Below, in pieces: positions 10,796-20,190 of a DNA stretch of 40,498 nt. The notes under the pieces are model-generated. The model searched no databases. It was not told the DNA's origin and saw only the letters and a list, made by a program, of their open reading frames with translations. The position numbers and the translations under genes are program-made. Within the stretch, counting starts at the first letter, position 1. Each line of letters opens with the position of its first letter. Source of the stretch: Gemmatimonadaceae bacterium (GTDB lineage Bacteria > Gemmatimonadota > Gemmatimonadetes > Gemmatimonadales > Gemmatimonadaceae); contig DATCGU010000410.1 in NCBI GenBank assembly GCA_036508735.1, forward strand, positions 1 through 40,498. The letters are read 5' to 3'.

Positions 10796-10810
10796 TCTCT
10801 CACGGAGACC
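10796..10810. repeat. 15-nt fragment of the palindromic-element left terminus
   Basis: TCTCTCACGGAGACC is identical to the element's left end and then diverges. It sits between convergent stops (10776 and 10824). Confidence 0.35.
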
Positions 10811-10823
10811 TCCACCGACCAGT

Positions 10824-11138
10824 TCACTTGGGCGCCGAATTCGTGAAGTGTTCGCGCTCCGCCATGGCGTACACCAGCAGCCAATCGGGCCAGTTGCCGC
10901 TCAAGTCGAAGAAGTCGTCAAAATAGACCAGTCCGCGCCCCTCGAGTTCGGCGATGACCGTTGCCAAAGCCTCGGAATCGTACACCGGGCCAATTGCCAC
11001 GAGGTCGCCTTCCACCCGAAACTCATCGGCCGTCAGGTGCAGGGCTACGTCGAAGTCGGCGCGCGCCAGCGCGTGCTGCTCAAACGCACGCTTGCGGATG
11101 AGAAGCGTTGGGGAGGTGTGGGCAATGGGAATCGGCAT
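10824..11138 (-). CDS. hypothetical small acidic protein (104 aa)
   Basis: Clean ORF with non-repetitive composition, divergent from mnmG. No family recognised. Confidence 0.5.
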   Translation of the reverse strand: MPIPIAHTSPTLLIRKRAFEQHALARADFDVALHLTADEFRVEGDLVAIGPVYDSEALATVIAELEGRGLVYFDDFFDLSGNWPDWLLVYAMAEREHFTNSAPK

Positions 11139-11233
11139 GCGCTGGTCCGTCAGAGGGATGCCGCCAATCTAATGCCCTCAGCCACGCACACGATGCCGCT
11201 TCGCTGCCGGCGACCGTACCTTTCGTAACTCCC

Positions 11234-13198
11234 ATGCGCACCGAATCCTCCTTCGACGTCATCGTGATCGGCGGTGGCCATGCCGGCACCGAAGCGGCGG
11301 TGGTTGCCGCGCGCCTCGGCTGCCGCGTGGCACTCATCACGAGCGCGCTCGAGACCATCGGACAGATGTCGTGCAACCCGGCAATCGGCGGCGTGGCCAA
11401 GGGCACCGTGGTACGGGAGGTCGATGCACTCGGCGGTGTCATGGGCCGCGCGACTGATCACGCGACCATCCAATTCCGGATGCTCAACCGCAGCAAGGGG
11501 CCAGCGGTCTGGGCTCCCCGCGCCCAGTGCGATCGAGGCCTCTATCGTCGCGCGGTGCGGTCGCTGGTCGAGTCACATCCCAACGTCACCGCCATCCAGG
11601 GCACCGTTTCCCGTCTCATGCTCGACCACGGACGCGTAATCGGCGTGGAGTCCCTCGACCAGCGTCACTTCAATGCACGTGCCGTCGTGGTAACCACAGG
11701 AACGTTTGGGCGCGGCAGGATCCACATCGGCACCACCACGCAGCTGGCCGGCGGTCGTGCCGGTGAGTCGTCCACTACGCACCTGGCCGAACAGCTCGCC
11801 GAGGTTGGCCTCGAAGTGCGCCGTTTCAAGACCGGCACTCCACCACGCATTGATGGCCGTAGTGTGGATTATTCGAGGTGTACGCCACAGTACAGCGAGC
11901 TCGAGGATTTCAACTATGCCTGGTCGCACTTCGAGACGACAGACGATAGACGACAGACGATAGGGAGCGGACGGCGTGCAACGTACAGCGTAGAGCGTAC
12001 AGCTTCTTTTCCGCTGCAGCAGTTGCCCTGCTGGATCACCTATGCCGGCGCAGCTGCCAAGGCGGTCGTGACATCCAACATCGACCTCTCTGCCATGTAC
12101 GGCGGGTCCATCGACGCGCGGGGGCCCCGTTACTGCCCGAGCATAGAGGATAAAGTCGTTCGCTTTGCTGGCGCCGAACGACATCAGGTGTTTCTCGAGC
12201 CCGAGGGGCTCGATACAACCGAACTGTACGTCAACGGTCTCTCCACGTCACTGCCGGCCGAGGTACAGCTCCAGATGCTGCGCGCGGTTCCGGGACTCGA
12301 GCAGGTACAGATGACGCGCGCGGGGTATGCCATCGAGTATGACTACTACCCGCCTACACAGCTCGACCTAACGCTTGAAGTTCGCCAAGTTCCCGGCCTG
12401 TACCTCGCAGGTCAGATCAACGGCACCACCGGCTACGAGGAAGCTGCGGGGCAGGGGCTTGTCGCCGGACTCAATGCGGCACTCGCCGTGCAGGAGCGCG
12501 ATCCGCTGGCCTTTGGCCGGAACACTTCCTATGTAGGCGTCCTCGTGGACGACATCGTCACCCGCGGCGTGGACGAACCGTATCGCCTCTTCACCTCGCG
12601 TTCCGAGTTCCGCCTCACGGTCCGACAGGACAACGCCCTGCGCCGGCTCGCGCCTCTTGGCATCGCACTCGGCCTGTACAGCGACGACGAGCGCCGTTCC
12701 ATCGACACCCGACTGAACGACGAAGACCGCGCGGCGCGCATGGCCGCCGATACCAGCGTACGCCCCGAGCAGGTGCGGGCCTTGCTTGAACGCTCCGGAT
12801 CGGCACAGCTCGTTCATGCCGTGAAGGTCATCGAGCTTGCCCGCCGGCAGGACGTTGCCCTCGCCGACCTGTTCATCGCCGTCGAACTGCACGATGCGCC
12901 AATCGGTGAAGCCGTGATCACCACCGAGCTCGAGATCAAGTACGCGGGATATTTCACGCGGGAGCGCCGGGCCGCGGAGCGGCTTCGCCGCATGGGTGAC
13001 TTCGCGCTCGCCTTGGAGCTTCCGTACGGTGAGATGATATCCCTGTCCCTTGAAGCGCGGCAGAAGCTCGCCCAGCGTCGCCCGGCATCCCTCGCTATGG
13101 CGTCGCGCCTGTCGGGCGTCAGCCCGGCCGACCTGCAGAACCTCGTGCTCGAGGTTGAGCGGCGGCGGCGCGGTGCGGCTTCAGCGAGCGTCGCGTGA
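11234..13198 (+). CDS. mnmG: tRNA uridine-5-carboxymethylaminomethyl modification enzyme MnmG (GidA)
   Basis: [19 protein letters not shown] motif, [11 protein letters not shown], and the [16 protein letters not shown] block. Start is ATG at 11234 ([11 protein letters not shown]). Confidence 0.95.
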   Translation: MRTESSFDVIVIGGGHAGTEAAVVAARLGCRVALITSALETIGQMSCNPAIGGVAKGTVVREVDALGGVMGRATDHATIQFRMLNRSKGPAVWAPRAQCDRGLYRRAVRSLVESHPNVTAIQGTVSRLMLDHGRVIGVESLDQRHFNARAVVVTTGTFGRGRIHIGTTTQLAGGRAGESSTTHLAEQLAEVGLEVRRFKTGTPPRIDGRSVDYSRCTPQYSELEDFNYAWSHFETTDDRRQTIGSGRRATYSVERTASFPLQQLPCWITYAGAAAKAVVTSNIDLSAMYGGSIDARGPRYCPSIEDKVVRFAGAERHQVFLEPEGLDTTELYVNGLSTSLPAEVQLQMLRAVPGLEQVQMTRAGYAIEYDYYPPTQLDLTLEVRQVPGLYLAGQINGTTGYEEAAGQGLVAGLNAALAVQERDPLAFGRNTSYVGVLVDDIVTRGVDEPYRLFTSRSEFRLTVRQDNALRRLAPLGIALGLYSDDERRSIDTRLNDEDRAARMAADTSVRPEQVRALLERSGSAQLVHAVKVIELARRQDVALADLFIAVELHDAPIGEAVITTELEIKYAGYFTRERRAAERLRRMGDFALALELPYGEMISLSLEARQKLAQRRPASLAMASRLSGVSPADLQNLVLEVERRRRGAASASVA

Positions 13199-15321
13199 AC
13201 GACGGCATGCCGCCGGCGTCGCGAGGACAGGGCGCGTGGCCAGCACGCGCCGCGGCAGCTGTGCTCGTCGTGCTCGGTTTCATCCCCTTCGCCGCGTTTC
13301 TCGACACTGGCCTCGAGATGCCCTGGCTGGGAGCGCAGTTGCGCGACTGGGGAACCGGGTCGCTTCTCACGCTCGGCATCGGCGTGCTCGCCTGGCTTGC
13401 TTCCAGCCGCGGGCACTGGCCGTCGTTTCGGCCGCGCCGGTCGCACCCGTGGAGCCTCGACACCCGCCTGGTATTAGTAGCACTCAGCTCCTTAATACTG
13501 TACATGCTGGTGGCGACGTTCGTCTTCTCGCGGCGTCCGCTGCTCATCGACGAGATGGCCCAACTGTGGCAGGCGCAACGCTACGCCGAATGGCGCCTGT
13601 GGATTCCGCCGCCGCCGCATCGCGAGTTTTTCTCGTTCCTTCACCTCGTCGACCTCGGCGACAAGGTCTACTCCCAGTTCCCGCCGGGCGGACCGTTCAT
13701 GCTCTGGTTCGGCGTTCTTGTGGGCACGCCGTGGTTGGTGGGACCGGTATGCGGCGCCCTTTGCGTCTGGTTATTCTCGCGGCTCGCGCGTGCCGTGGAA
13801 CCCCATGCGGGCGATGGCTGGGTGCTGGGTGCCACGCTGCTCTTCGCGGTAACGCCCTTCGGTGTTTTCATGTTCGGTTCGCACATGAATCACGTCACTG
13901 CGTTGCTGTGGATCCTCGTGGCCGTCGTGGCTCTCGTGCATCTGATCCAAGTCGATTCCACTGCCTTGCCACCGAAGAACGCAGAAAAGGAACAGACACG
14001 CACAGGGGATCCATCGGGTTTCCTTCAGCGGTGGTCCGTGTTCATCCGTGAAATCCGTGGCGAGGCTGTTGTACCTGCGCTCTTGGTTGGATTCGGCTTG
14101 GGTGCGGCGGCGACCATCCGTCCGCTCGATGCCTTTGCGTTTGCGCTTCCGGCGGCCATCTGGCTCGTGGTGCGCGCCGGCCGCTCGCCGCAACGCTGGC
14201 TCGAGAACATTCTTGCTGGATGCGGCATTGCCGTTCCGTTCGCCGCAATGATGTACGTCAACGTGCAGACAACCGGGCACCCGCTGCTCTTCGGCTACGA
14301 GGTGCTGTGGGGCGTCACGCACGGACTCGGATTCCACGCGGCCCCGTGGGGAGTGCCGCACACGCCGCTGCGGGGACTGGCGCTCGCCTCGCTCTACCAG
14401 TGGCGACTGCAGAGTTACCTCTTCGAGGCGCCGTTTCCTTCGCTGTTGCTCCCGGTCATTTCGCTCTTGCTTGCGAAGCGCGTGAGCGCGCTCGATCGCT
14501 ATCTCCTGGCGTCGAGTGCACTCGTCATCCTGTTCTACCTGCTCTACTGGCACGACGGATTCTTCCTTGGCCCCCGTTTTGTCGTGCCACTGCTGCCGGC
14601 GCTCGTACTCTGGACTGCGCGTCTGCCGCGGGCCCTCGCTGAGCGGGTGCACTCGGTTCACGCGCGCGCCGGCCTTTCGGCCGCGCTTGCATTCGGCGTC
14701 GTGGGAGCGCTCGTATTCAACCTCCCCGTACGCATTTCCAGCTATCGGGCGGGACTCACTTCTATGCGCGTGGACTACGCGCACGCTGCCGAGCAAGCCG
14801 GCGTGCGCGATGCGCTCGTGTTCGTGCGCGAGAGCTGGGGTGCCGAGTTGGTTGCCCGACTCTGGGCGCTGGGTGTTTCGCATCCCAAGACGGAGGCGAT
14901 CTATCGCGGTGTAGACGCCTGCAACCTGGAGCGGGAGATTACCTCGCTGGAACGCGAGGGTGTGCGCGGCCCGGCAGCCGAAGCGCGTCTTGCGGTGCTT
15001 GTGGCGTCTGATTCAGCGTCGGTGGTCGGCAGCGATTTTACCGAGCATATGCGCTCCGGGGTGCAGTACACGCCGGTGTGCCTGCAGCGCATTGCTGACG
15101 ACCGCGGGGGCTTCCTGCACCTTCCGCCGCTTCGACTCGTAACGACCGGCAACAACGTGTATGCCCGCGACCTGCAGGCGCACGACTCTCTACTGCTGGC
15201 ACAGTTCCCCAAACGCCGGGTATATCTGCTCAGGCGCGCCGGCACTCAACCGGATGACCCGCTCGAATACCTCCCGTTGAGCCGGGATTCCCTTTTCGCG
15301 GCGTGGCGCGGCGCTCGCTAG
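13195..15321 (+). CDS. polytopic membrane protein, GT-C (ArnT/PMT-like) glycosyltransferase fold, tentative
   Basis: More than 10 predicted TM segments, a first-loop acidic motif ([11 protein letters not shown]) as in GT-C enzymes, and a large C-terminal soluble domain. GTG at 13195 overlaps the mnmG stop as GTGA; ATG at 13207 is an alternative start. Confidence 0.6.
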   Translation: MNDGMPPASRGQGAWPARAAAAVLVVLGFIPFAAFLDTGLEMPWLGAQLRDWGTGSLLTLGIGVLAWLASSRGHWPSFRPRRSHPWSLDTRLVLVALSSLILYMLVATFVFSRRPLLIDEMAQLWQAQRYAEWRLWIPPPPHREFFSFLHLVDLGDKVYSQFPPGGPFMLWFGVLVGTPWLVGPVCGALCVWLFSRLARAVEPHAGDGWVLGATLLFAVTPFGVFMFGSHMNHVTALLWILVAVVALVHLIQVDSTALPPKNAEKEQTRTGDPSGFLQRWSVFIREIRGEAVVPALLVGFGLGAAATIRPLDAFAFALPAAIWLVVRAGRSPQRWLENILAGCGIAVPFAAMMYVNVQTTGHPLLFGYEVLWGVTHGLGFHAAPWGVPHTPLRGLALASLYQWRLQSYLFEAPFPSLLLPVISLLLAKRVSALDRYLLASSALVILFYLLYWHDGFFLGPRFVVPLLPALVLWTARLPRALAERVHSVHARAGLSAALAFGVVGALVFNLPVRISSYRAGLTSMRVDYAHAAEQAGVRDALVFVRESWGAELVARLWALGVSHPKTEAIYRGVDACNLEREITSLEREGVRGPAAEARLAVLVASDSASVVGSDFTEHMRSGVQYTPVCLQRIADDRGGFLHLPPLRLVTTGNNVYARDLQAHDSLLLAQFPKRRVYLLRRAGTQPDDPLEYLPLSRDSLFAAWRGAR

Positions 15322-15462
15322 GCCGGAGTTCTATGCGGCAAAGCGGGCGCGGTGGGCCTTCCGACGCAGGGACCGGTGCGACATGGCACCCCACATGGAA
15401 CTGCTGCGCGGATGGGGGACCGCCAAGGACAGGGAGGCGATCGCCATACGATCATTCGCCTA

Positions 15463-15497
15463 GGCCACGGCTCATGCGTACCGTGGTGGCCGTTTAT
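15463..15497 (+). terminator. possible intrinsic terminator after the membrane GT-C-like gene
   Basis: GGCCACGG-loop-CCGTGGTGGCC followed by GTTTATT. The stem is short and imperfect. Confidence 0.3.
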
Positions 15498-15551
15498 TAG
15501 TAGCGCTTTGATACTAAACAAGCTTGCTTTCCGCACTCCGAGGACATCCCC

Positions 15552-16268
15552 ATGCGTACCATCATCATCGGTTCATTGCTCGGCGCGTTCTTCGGCGTCG
15601 CTCCAGTTACCGCACAGCAGACTGCGCCGCCTGTTCCTCAGGTGGTCACGGTTGGTCGCGGGGACGTTGACATCAAGCCCGATCGCGCCCAAGTACTGTT
15701 CAGCGTCGAGACACGAGCGTCCACCGCGGCAACCGCCGCCGCGGAGAACAGTCGCCGGCAACGCGCCGTGCTCGACACCCTGCAGCAACTCGGTGTTGCT
15801 CCCGATCAACTCCAGACCGCCTACCTCCAGGTGACGCCGGAAATGGTGTACCCAGGCCAAGGACTTCCCCCAAAGGTCTCCGGATACCTCGCCCGCAACT
15901 CGGTGCGGGTGGAAGTCTTGAAGCTCGACCAGACCGGAATTCTTGTGGATGCGGGACTGGCCAAAGGGTCCACCGGGATTGGCGGACTCCAGTTCTACTC
16001 GTCGAAGGAGGCCGAATCACGGCGCGAGGCACTCTCCAAGGCCGTCATCGCAGCCCGGCTGGACGCCGAAGTGATGGCGAAGGCTGCCGGGTATCGACTT
16101 GGTGAGCTGCTGGAGATTATAGGAAATCAGCAGCCAAGCAGCCCAGTGTCGTTTGGCATGGAACTGCGCAGCGCGAGAGCCTCGATCGACACAGGTCCAA
16201 CGCCGGTTAATCCCGGGGAAATCAAGATCTCGCAGACAGTGACGGTTCGATGGGCCGTGAAAATGTAG
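15552..16268 (+). CDS. SIMPL (DUF541) domain periplasmic protein
   Basis: Signal peptide MRTIIIGSLLGAFFGVAPVTAQ followed by a typical SIMPL N-terminal block (VTVGRGDVDIKPDRAQVLFSVETRA.TA..A). Confidence 0.75.
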   Translation: MRTIIIGSLLGAFFGVAPVTAQQTAPPVPQVVTVGRGDVDIKPDRAQVLFSVETRASTAATAAAENSRRQRAVLDTLQQLGVAPDQLQTAYLQVTPEMVYPGQGLPPKVSGYLARNSVRVEVLKLDQTGILVDAGLAKGSTGIGGLQFYSSKEAESRREALSKAVIAARLDAEVMAKAAGYRLGELLEIIGNQQPSSPVSFGMELRSARASIDTGPTPVNPGEIKISQTVTVRWAVKM

Positions 16269-16302
16269 GTCGTGGCTTTTTCAGCTGATCTTGGCGTCGG
16301 AT

Positions 16303-16318
16303 TGTTCCACGTGAAACA
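16303..16318. promoter_or_regulatory. parS: parS centromere site
   Basis: TGTTCCACGTGAAACA is an exact match to the canonical 16-bp parS consensus tGTTNCACGTGAAACa. It lies 88 bp upstream of parA. Confidence 0.85.
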
Positions 16319-16405
16319 TTTTGGCTAGCATTTACAGTGACGGGAGGCCAATATTCGGCCTCTCGTTCTCTTTCCAGTTGGACCCTTGGTGGAGCCGTAC
16401 GTATC

Positions 16406-17191
16406 TTGGCGCGAATCATTGCCATCGCAAACCAGAAGGGTGGGGTCGGGAAGACGACCACCGCCGTGAACTTGGCAGCCAGTCTTGCCGCGGCTGAACA
16501 GCGCGTGCTGCTGGTGGACGGCGATCCACAGGGAAACGCCACTAGCGGCATTGGACTTTCCCGTGACGAGCTTCGCCTGACCACCTACGATGTGCTCCTG
16601 GAGCCATCCACCATCGATCATGCCGTGCTGCACGAGGTCCAGTTCCGCTTCTTGGACGTGCTCCCGGCAACGTCGGACTTGGCCGGTGCAGAGGTCGAAC
16701 TTGTCGGGAAGGAAGATCGCGAACTTTCCATGCGACGAGCGCTCGAGCGGGTGACTAGCACGTACGACTTTGTGCTGATCGATTGCCCGCCATCGCTTGG
16801 CCTGGTGACCCTCAACATGCTGGCCGCCGCAGATTCACTGCTCATTCCCCTGCAGTGCGAATACTACGCGCTCGAAGGATTGAGCCAGTTGCTCAATACG
16901 GTGAACCTCGTACAGCAGGGCGTGAACCCGTCGCTGGGCATTGACGGCGTGCTCCTTACCATGTACGACGCGCGACTGAACTTGTCGCGCCAGGTAGCGG
17001 CTGATGCGCGCGAGTATTTCGGCGCCAAGGTCTTTCAGAGCATCGTTCCCAGAAATGTCAGGCTCGCAGAAGCGCCTAGCTTTGGCAAACCAATCATCCT
17101 GTATGATCTCGCCTCGGTTGGCGCACAGGCTTATATGAGCGTGGCGAAGGAGCTAATTGACCGGACGGTCTCTGGGGCCGCAGCACGCTAG
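16406..17191 (+). CDS. parA: chromosome partitioning ATPase ParA/Soj
   Basis: Deviant Walker [15 protein letters not shown] at 16406 gives the typical [14 protein letters not shown]-terminus; the track start at 16337 adds 23 atypical residues. Confidence 0.9.
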   Translation: MARIIAIANQKGGVGKTTTAVNLAASLAAAEQRVLLVDGDPQGNATSGIGLSRDELRLTTYDVLLEPSTIDHAVLHEVQFRFLDVLPATSDLAGAEVELVGKEDRELSMRRALERVTSTYDFVLIDCPPSLGLVTLNMLAAADSLLIPLQCEYYALEGLSQLLNTVNLVQQGVNPSLGIDGVLLTMYDARLNLSRQVAADAREYFGAKVFQSIVPRNVRLAEAPSFGKPIILYDLASVGAQAYMSVAKELIDRTVSGAAAR

Positions 17192-17261
17192 AAGGACTTT
17201 TTGATTGATCTTAGAAATTTCGCGGCATCATCACGACATTATAACACCACTATAACCTTAT

Positions 17262-18182
17262 ATGGCTGATAAACCGCGTTTGGGTAGGGGTTTGGAAGCC
17301 CTGCTTTCGAGCCGCCCCATCGCTCGGATCGACCCGACTTCCCGTTCGGCCGTTGATCGTGAGGGGCTGCATCGCATTCCGGTAGCTCAAGTTCGCCCGA
17401 ACCCGATGCAACCACGCAAGGAGTTTCGCGAGGAAGATCTCGCCGACCTCGAAGCGAGCATTCGCGTGAACGGCCTTCTTCAACCGGTGACCGTGCGTCC
17501 GTCGCCTTCTGGCACTGGCTACGAACTCATCGCAGGGGAGCGTCGTTTCCGCGCCGCACAGCGCCTCGGGTGGGTCGAGATACCTGCGATCGTCAGGGAG
17601 ATTGGAGACCGGGAGCTGCTCACGCTTGCACTCGTAGAGAACCTGCAACGCACCGACCTTAATCCCATCGAAGAGGCCGAAGGATACCAGCAACTGATGT
17701 CCGCCTTTTCGCTCACGCAGCAGGCGACAGCGGACATCGTTGGCAAGGATCGCTCCACCGTGGCGAACATGTTGCGCCTGCTCGGACTGCCGGCGTCGGT
17801 ACGGCGCCAGGTGCGTGAAGGTGTCATCTCCCTTGGCCATGCGCGCGCGTTGCTCTCGCTCGGCGATGACATTCGAATCGCCGAGCTCGCGAAATTAGTG
17901 ACCACCGAAGGGCTCAGTGTACGCGAGGTCGAGCAACGCGTGCGCGAAGCTACCGGTGCGCGATCCCGCGCTGACAAGAGCGCTGTGGCAAAACCTGGTG
18001 AAACGCGCCCGGCCGAAGCACGCCAGATCGAAGACCAATTGCGTCGCCGGTTCCAGACGGACGTGAAGCTCACTCTTAGCGGCAAGGCACAGGGAGAGAT
18101 TCGACTGGCGTTCTACAACAACGACGACCTTTCACGCCTGCTCGATCTCCTGCTTGGCGGCACCGAACGGGGCATTGCATGA
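17262..18182 (+). CDS. parB: chromosome partitioning protein ParB/Spo0J
   Basis: LGRGLEALL N-terminus, the GERRFRAA arginine patch (CTPase motif), and an HTH region. Confidence 0.95.
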   Translation: MADKPRLGRGLEALLSSRPIARIDPTSRSAVDREGLHRIPVAQVRPNPMQPRKEFREEDLADLEASIRVNGLLQPVTVRPSPSGTGYELIAGERRFRAAQRLGWVEIPAIVREIGDRELLTLALVENLQRTDLNPIEEAEGYQQLMSAFSLTQQATADIVGKDRSTVANMLRLLGLPASVRRQVREGVISLGHARALLSLGDDIRIAELAKLVTTEGLSVREVEQRVREATGARSRADKSAVAKPGETRPAEARQIEDQLRRRFQTDVKLTLSGKAQGEIRLAFYNNDDLSRLLDLLLGGTERGIA

Positions 18183-18619
18183 GCCCCCCGGAACATGAAT
18201 CCGGCGAGCACCACCACGGCGACGTCTTCGGCCGCGGGTCGGGCGACATGTTCATTCACGTCCAGCGCGCCACTGGGCTCGCGCATCGCACGCTGGTACT
18301 GCATCCGTGGCAGGTGCAGGCGCTTCGACTGGTGGCGTCCCGGTGGTTTGCGGCCGTGCTGACCATCGCCGTCCTGAGTTGGGGCTACTTTGCGTTCCAG
18401 GCGGCCCGCGTGCCGTTTCTCACGCGACGCATCAGCCATATGGAACGGGACGGCGCAAAACTCGATACGCTGCAGGCCACGCTCGAACAGGTCCAGAAGC
18501 GATATGATCAGGTGCAACAGATGTTGAGTGCGTCGAAACACACCACGCCGGCTGCGGTCACGCCAGCACCAAAGTCCGGTTCAGCCGCAACCAAGACCGC
18601 GAGCGTCATCGCGCACTGA
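18179..18619 (+). CDS. hypothetical bitopic membrane protein with a coiled-coil ectodomain (His-rich N-terminus)
   Basis: The ATG overlaps the parB stop as ATGA. It has one TM segment (WFAAVLTIAVLSWGYFAFQ) followed by a heptad-like segment LDTLQATLEQVQKRYDQVQQML. No catalytic domain. Confidence 0.55.
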   Translation: MSPPEHESGEHHHGDVFGRGSGDMFIHVQRATGLAHRTLVLHPWQVQALRLVASRWFAAVLTIAVLSWGYFAFQAARVPFLTRRISHMERDGAKLDTLQATLEQVQKRYDQVQQMLSASKHTTPAAVTPAPKSGSAATKTASVIAH

Positions 18620-18633
18620 CTCAGGGAGGATAC

Positions 18634-19041
18634 GTGGCACTGCTCAAGAAGGACGCCGATAAGGGCGACACCCACGGCGGTATGTCTGCGGCGGCGCTCT
18701 CGATCATCGCCGCTGGGGTGCACATCACGGGCGATGTCGAAACGAATGGCACGATCAAGGTCGACGGACGCATCGACGGCTCCGTCGTTGGTGCCCGGCA
18801 GGTGATGCTCGGCAGAAACGGCGCCATTCACGGCAACGTGCACGCCGATGAAGTCGTGATTGGCGGCCTGGTTGACGGCGCCATTGCCGCTGACGATCGA
18901 CTCGAACTGCAGAGCTCGGCCGTGGTCAATGGCGACATCGACACCAAGTCAATCGTGGTCATGGAAGGCGCTCGCATCAATGGGGCTGTGCGAATGCAGG
19001 AAATCCGACTGGTTGGCCTGATGGCAAGCTCCGGCGCCTGA
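18634..19041 (+). CDS. bactofilin (DUF583) polymer-forming cytoskeletal protein
   Basis: Repetitive beta-helix pattern G.V.G.I...G.I.VDGRIDGSV.G. A strong SD (GGGAGGA) lies 3 nt before GTG at 18634. Confidence 0.9.
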   Translation: MALLKKDADKGDTHGGMSAAALSIIAAGVHITGDVETNGTIKVDGRIDGSVVGARQVMLGRNGAIHGNVHADEVVIGGLVDGAIAADDRLELQSSAVVNGDIDTKSIVVMEGARINGAVRMQEIRLVGLMASSGA

Positions 19042-19079
19042 AGCCGTGACCAATCAACCAGAATAAACATGCCGATTCG

Positions 19080-19088
19080 TTATCCACA
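19080..19088 (+). promoter_or_regulatory. perfect consensus DnaA box inside an AT-rich island
   Basis: TTATCCACA is an exact match. It lies in the 19042-19155 intergenic tract, whose 3' half (19111-19155) is roughly 20% GC. A single site could occur by chance. Confidence 0.4.
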
Positions 19089-19155
19089 GGCAACTGTTCT
19101 GCAATACATATGTTTGTGATAATTTCATAATTCATTATTATACAATACTATTGAA

Positions 19156-20190
19156 ATGTTTCGGATCTGGCGCTCTGTTGCTGTCTTGGCCGTTATCCAC
19201 ACGACTGTTGGCATTCTTGGGGCGTGCTCAGTGCCGAAGAATGACGGCGGATCTGCTGCTGCTGGCGCCAAGAGTTCCTTTAGCGTCGCGTTACTGACGC
19301 CTGGCCCCATTTCCGACCAGTCATGGAATGGTGGTGCCTACGACGGATTATTGCGCATTCGCGATTCATTGGGCGCCAAGGTCAGTCATATCCAGACCAA
19401 GACCCCGGCGGAGTTCGAGGAGAACTTCCGCCAGTACGGAGCCGAGGGCTATACGCTCGTCTTCGGCCATGGCTTTGAGTTTCAGGACGCCGCGGCTCGC
19501 GTGGGCCCGGCATTTCCCGCGACGACCTTCATCACGACAGGCGGCACACGCACCAGCGCGAACGTGGCCGCCATGTCATTCGCATTCGAGCAGCCGTCGT
19601 ATCTGGCCGGCCTGGTGGCGGCGAGCGTGAGCAAGTCGGGTGTCATCGGTTGCATCGGCGGAACGGAGTTGCCGCCGGTCAAGGCGGGTTTCGTGGCCTT
19701 CGCCGATGGTGTGCACGCGATCAACCCACGGGCACGCATCGTCACCGCGTACATCGGCAACTGGGAGGACGCCAGCGCGGGCAAGGAACAGGCACTCGCC
19801 CAGATGGCGCGCGGCGTGGACGTCATCTACCAGAACGCCGATGCTGCCGGACTGGGCATCTTCCAGGCGGCGAAGGAAACGAAGGGCGTCTACATCATTG
19901 GTTCCAACTCCAACCAGAACAACGTGGCCCCCACCGTCACACTCGGTTCGGTGGTGATTGACCTCCCGCACGCCTTCATCACCGTGGCGCGCGAGGTGAA
20001 GAACCATACCTTCACGCCGCGCGTCATCACGCTCGACATGAAGAGCGACGTCATGCGGTGGGTGGTGAACCCCGCCATGACCTCCATCATCCCGGCGCGC
20101 ACGATGCATATGGTGGATTCGGTGACGCGGGCCATGGTCAATGGTACCTTCACGTCGCCGTATCCATCGCGCCCGGAGGAAGACCAGTGA
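19156..20190 (+). CDS. BMP-family (PnrA-like) ABC transporter substrate-binding lipoprotein
   Basis: Lipobox ILGAC and the BMP block LLTPGPISDQSWNGGAYDGL. It is followed by a cognate ATPase and two permeases. Confidence 0.85.
   Translation: MFRIWRSVAVLAVIHTTVGILGACSVPKNDGGSAAAGAKSSFSVALLTPGPISDQSWNGGAYDGLLRIRDSLGAKVSHIQTKTPAEFEENFRQYGAEGYTLVFGHGFEFQDAAARVGPAFPATTFITTGGTRTSANVAAMSFAFEQPSYLAGLVAASVSKSGVIGCIGGTELPPVKAGFVAFADGVHAINPRARIVTAYIGNWEDASAGKEQALAQMARGVDVIYQNADAAGLGIFQAAKETKGVYIIGSNSNQNNVAPTVTLGSVVIDLPHAFITVAREVKNHTFTPRVITLDMKSDVMRWVVNPAMTSIIPARTMHMVDSVTRAMVNGTFTSPYPSRPEEDQ

Noticed and set aside
13471-13510. Recurrent ATTAGT(A/G) AT-rich pockets (13474, 15496, 17893, 39851) as a possible shared motif
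   Set aside because: The number of occurrences is about what base composition predicts for a 6-mer on two strands of 40 kb. The flanks are not conserved.
13771-14883. 370-aa minus-strand ORF antisense to the GT-C-like membrane protein gene
   Set aside because: It is R/E/Q-rich with no hydrophobic core. The sense frame encodes regular TM helices and is stop/start-overlapped with mnmG.
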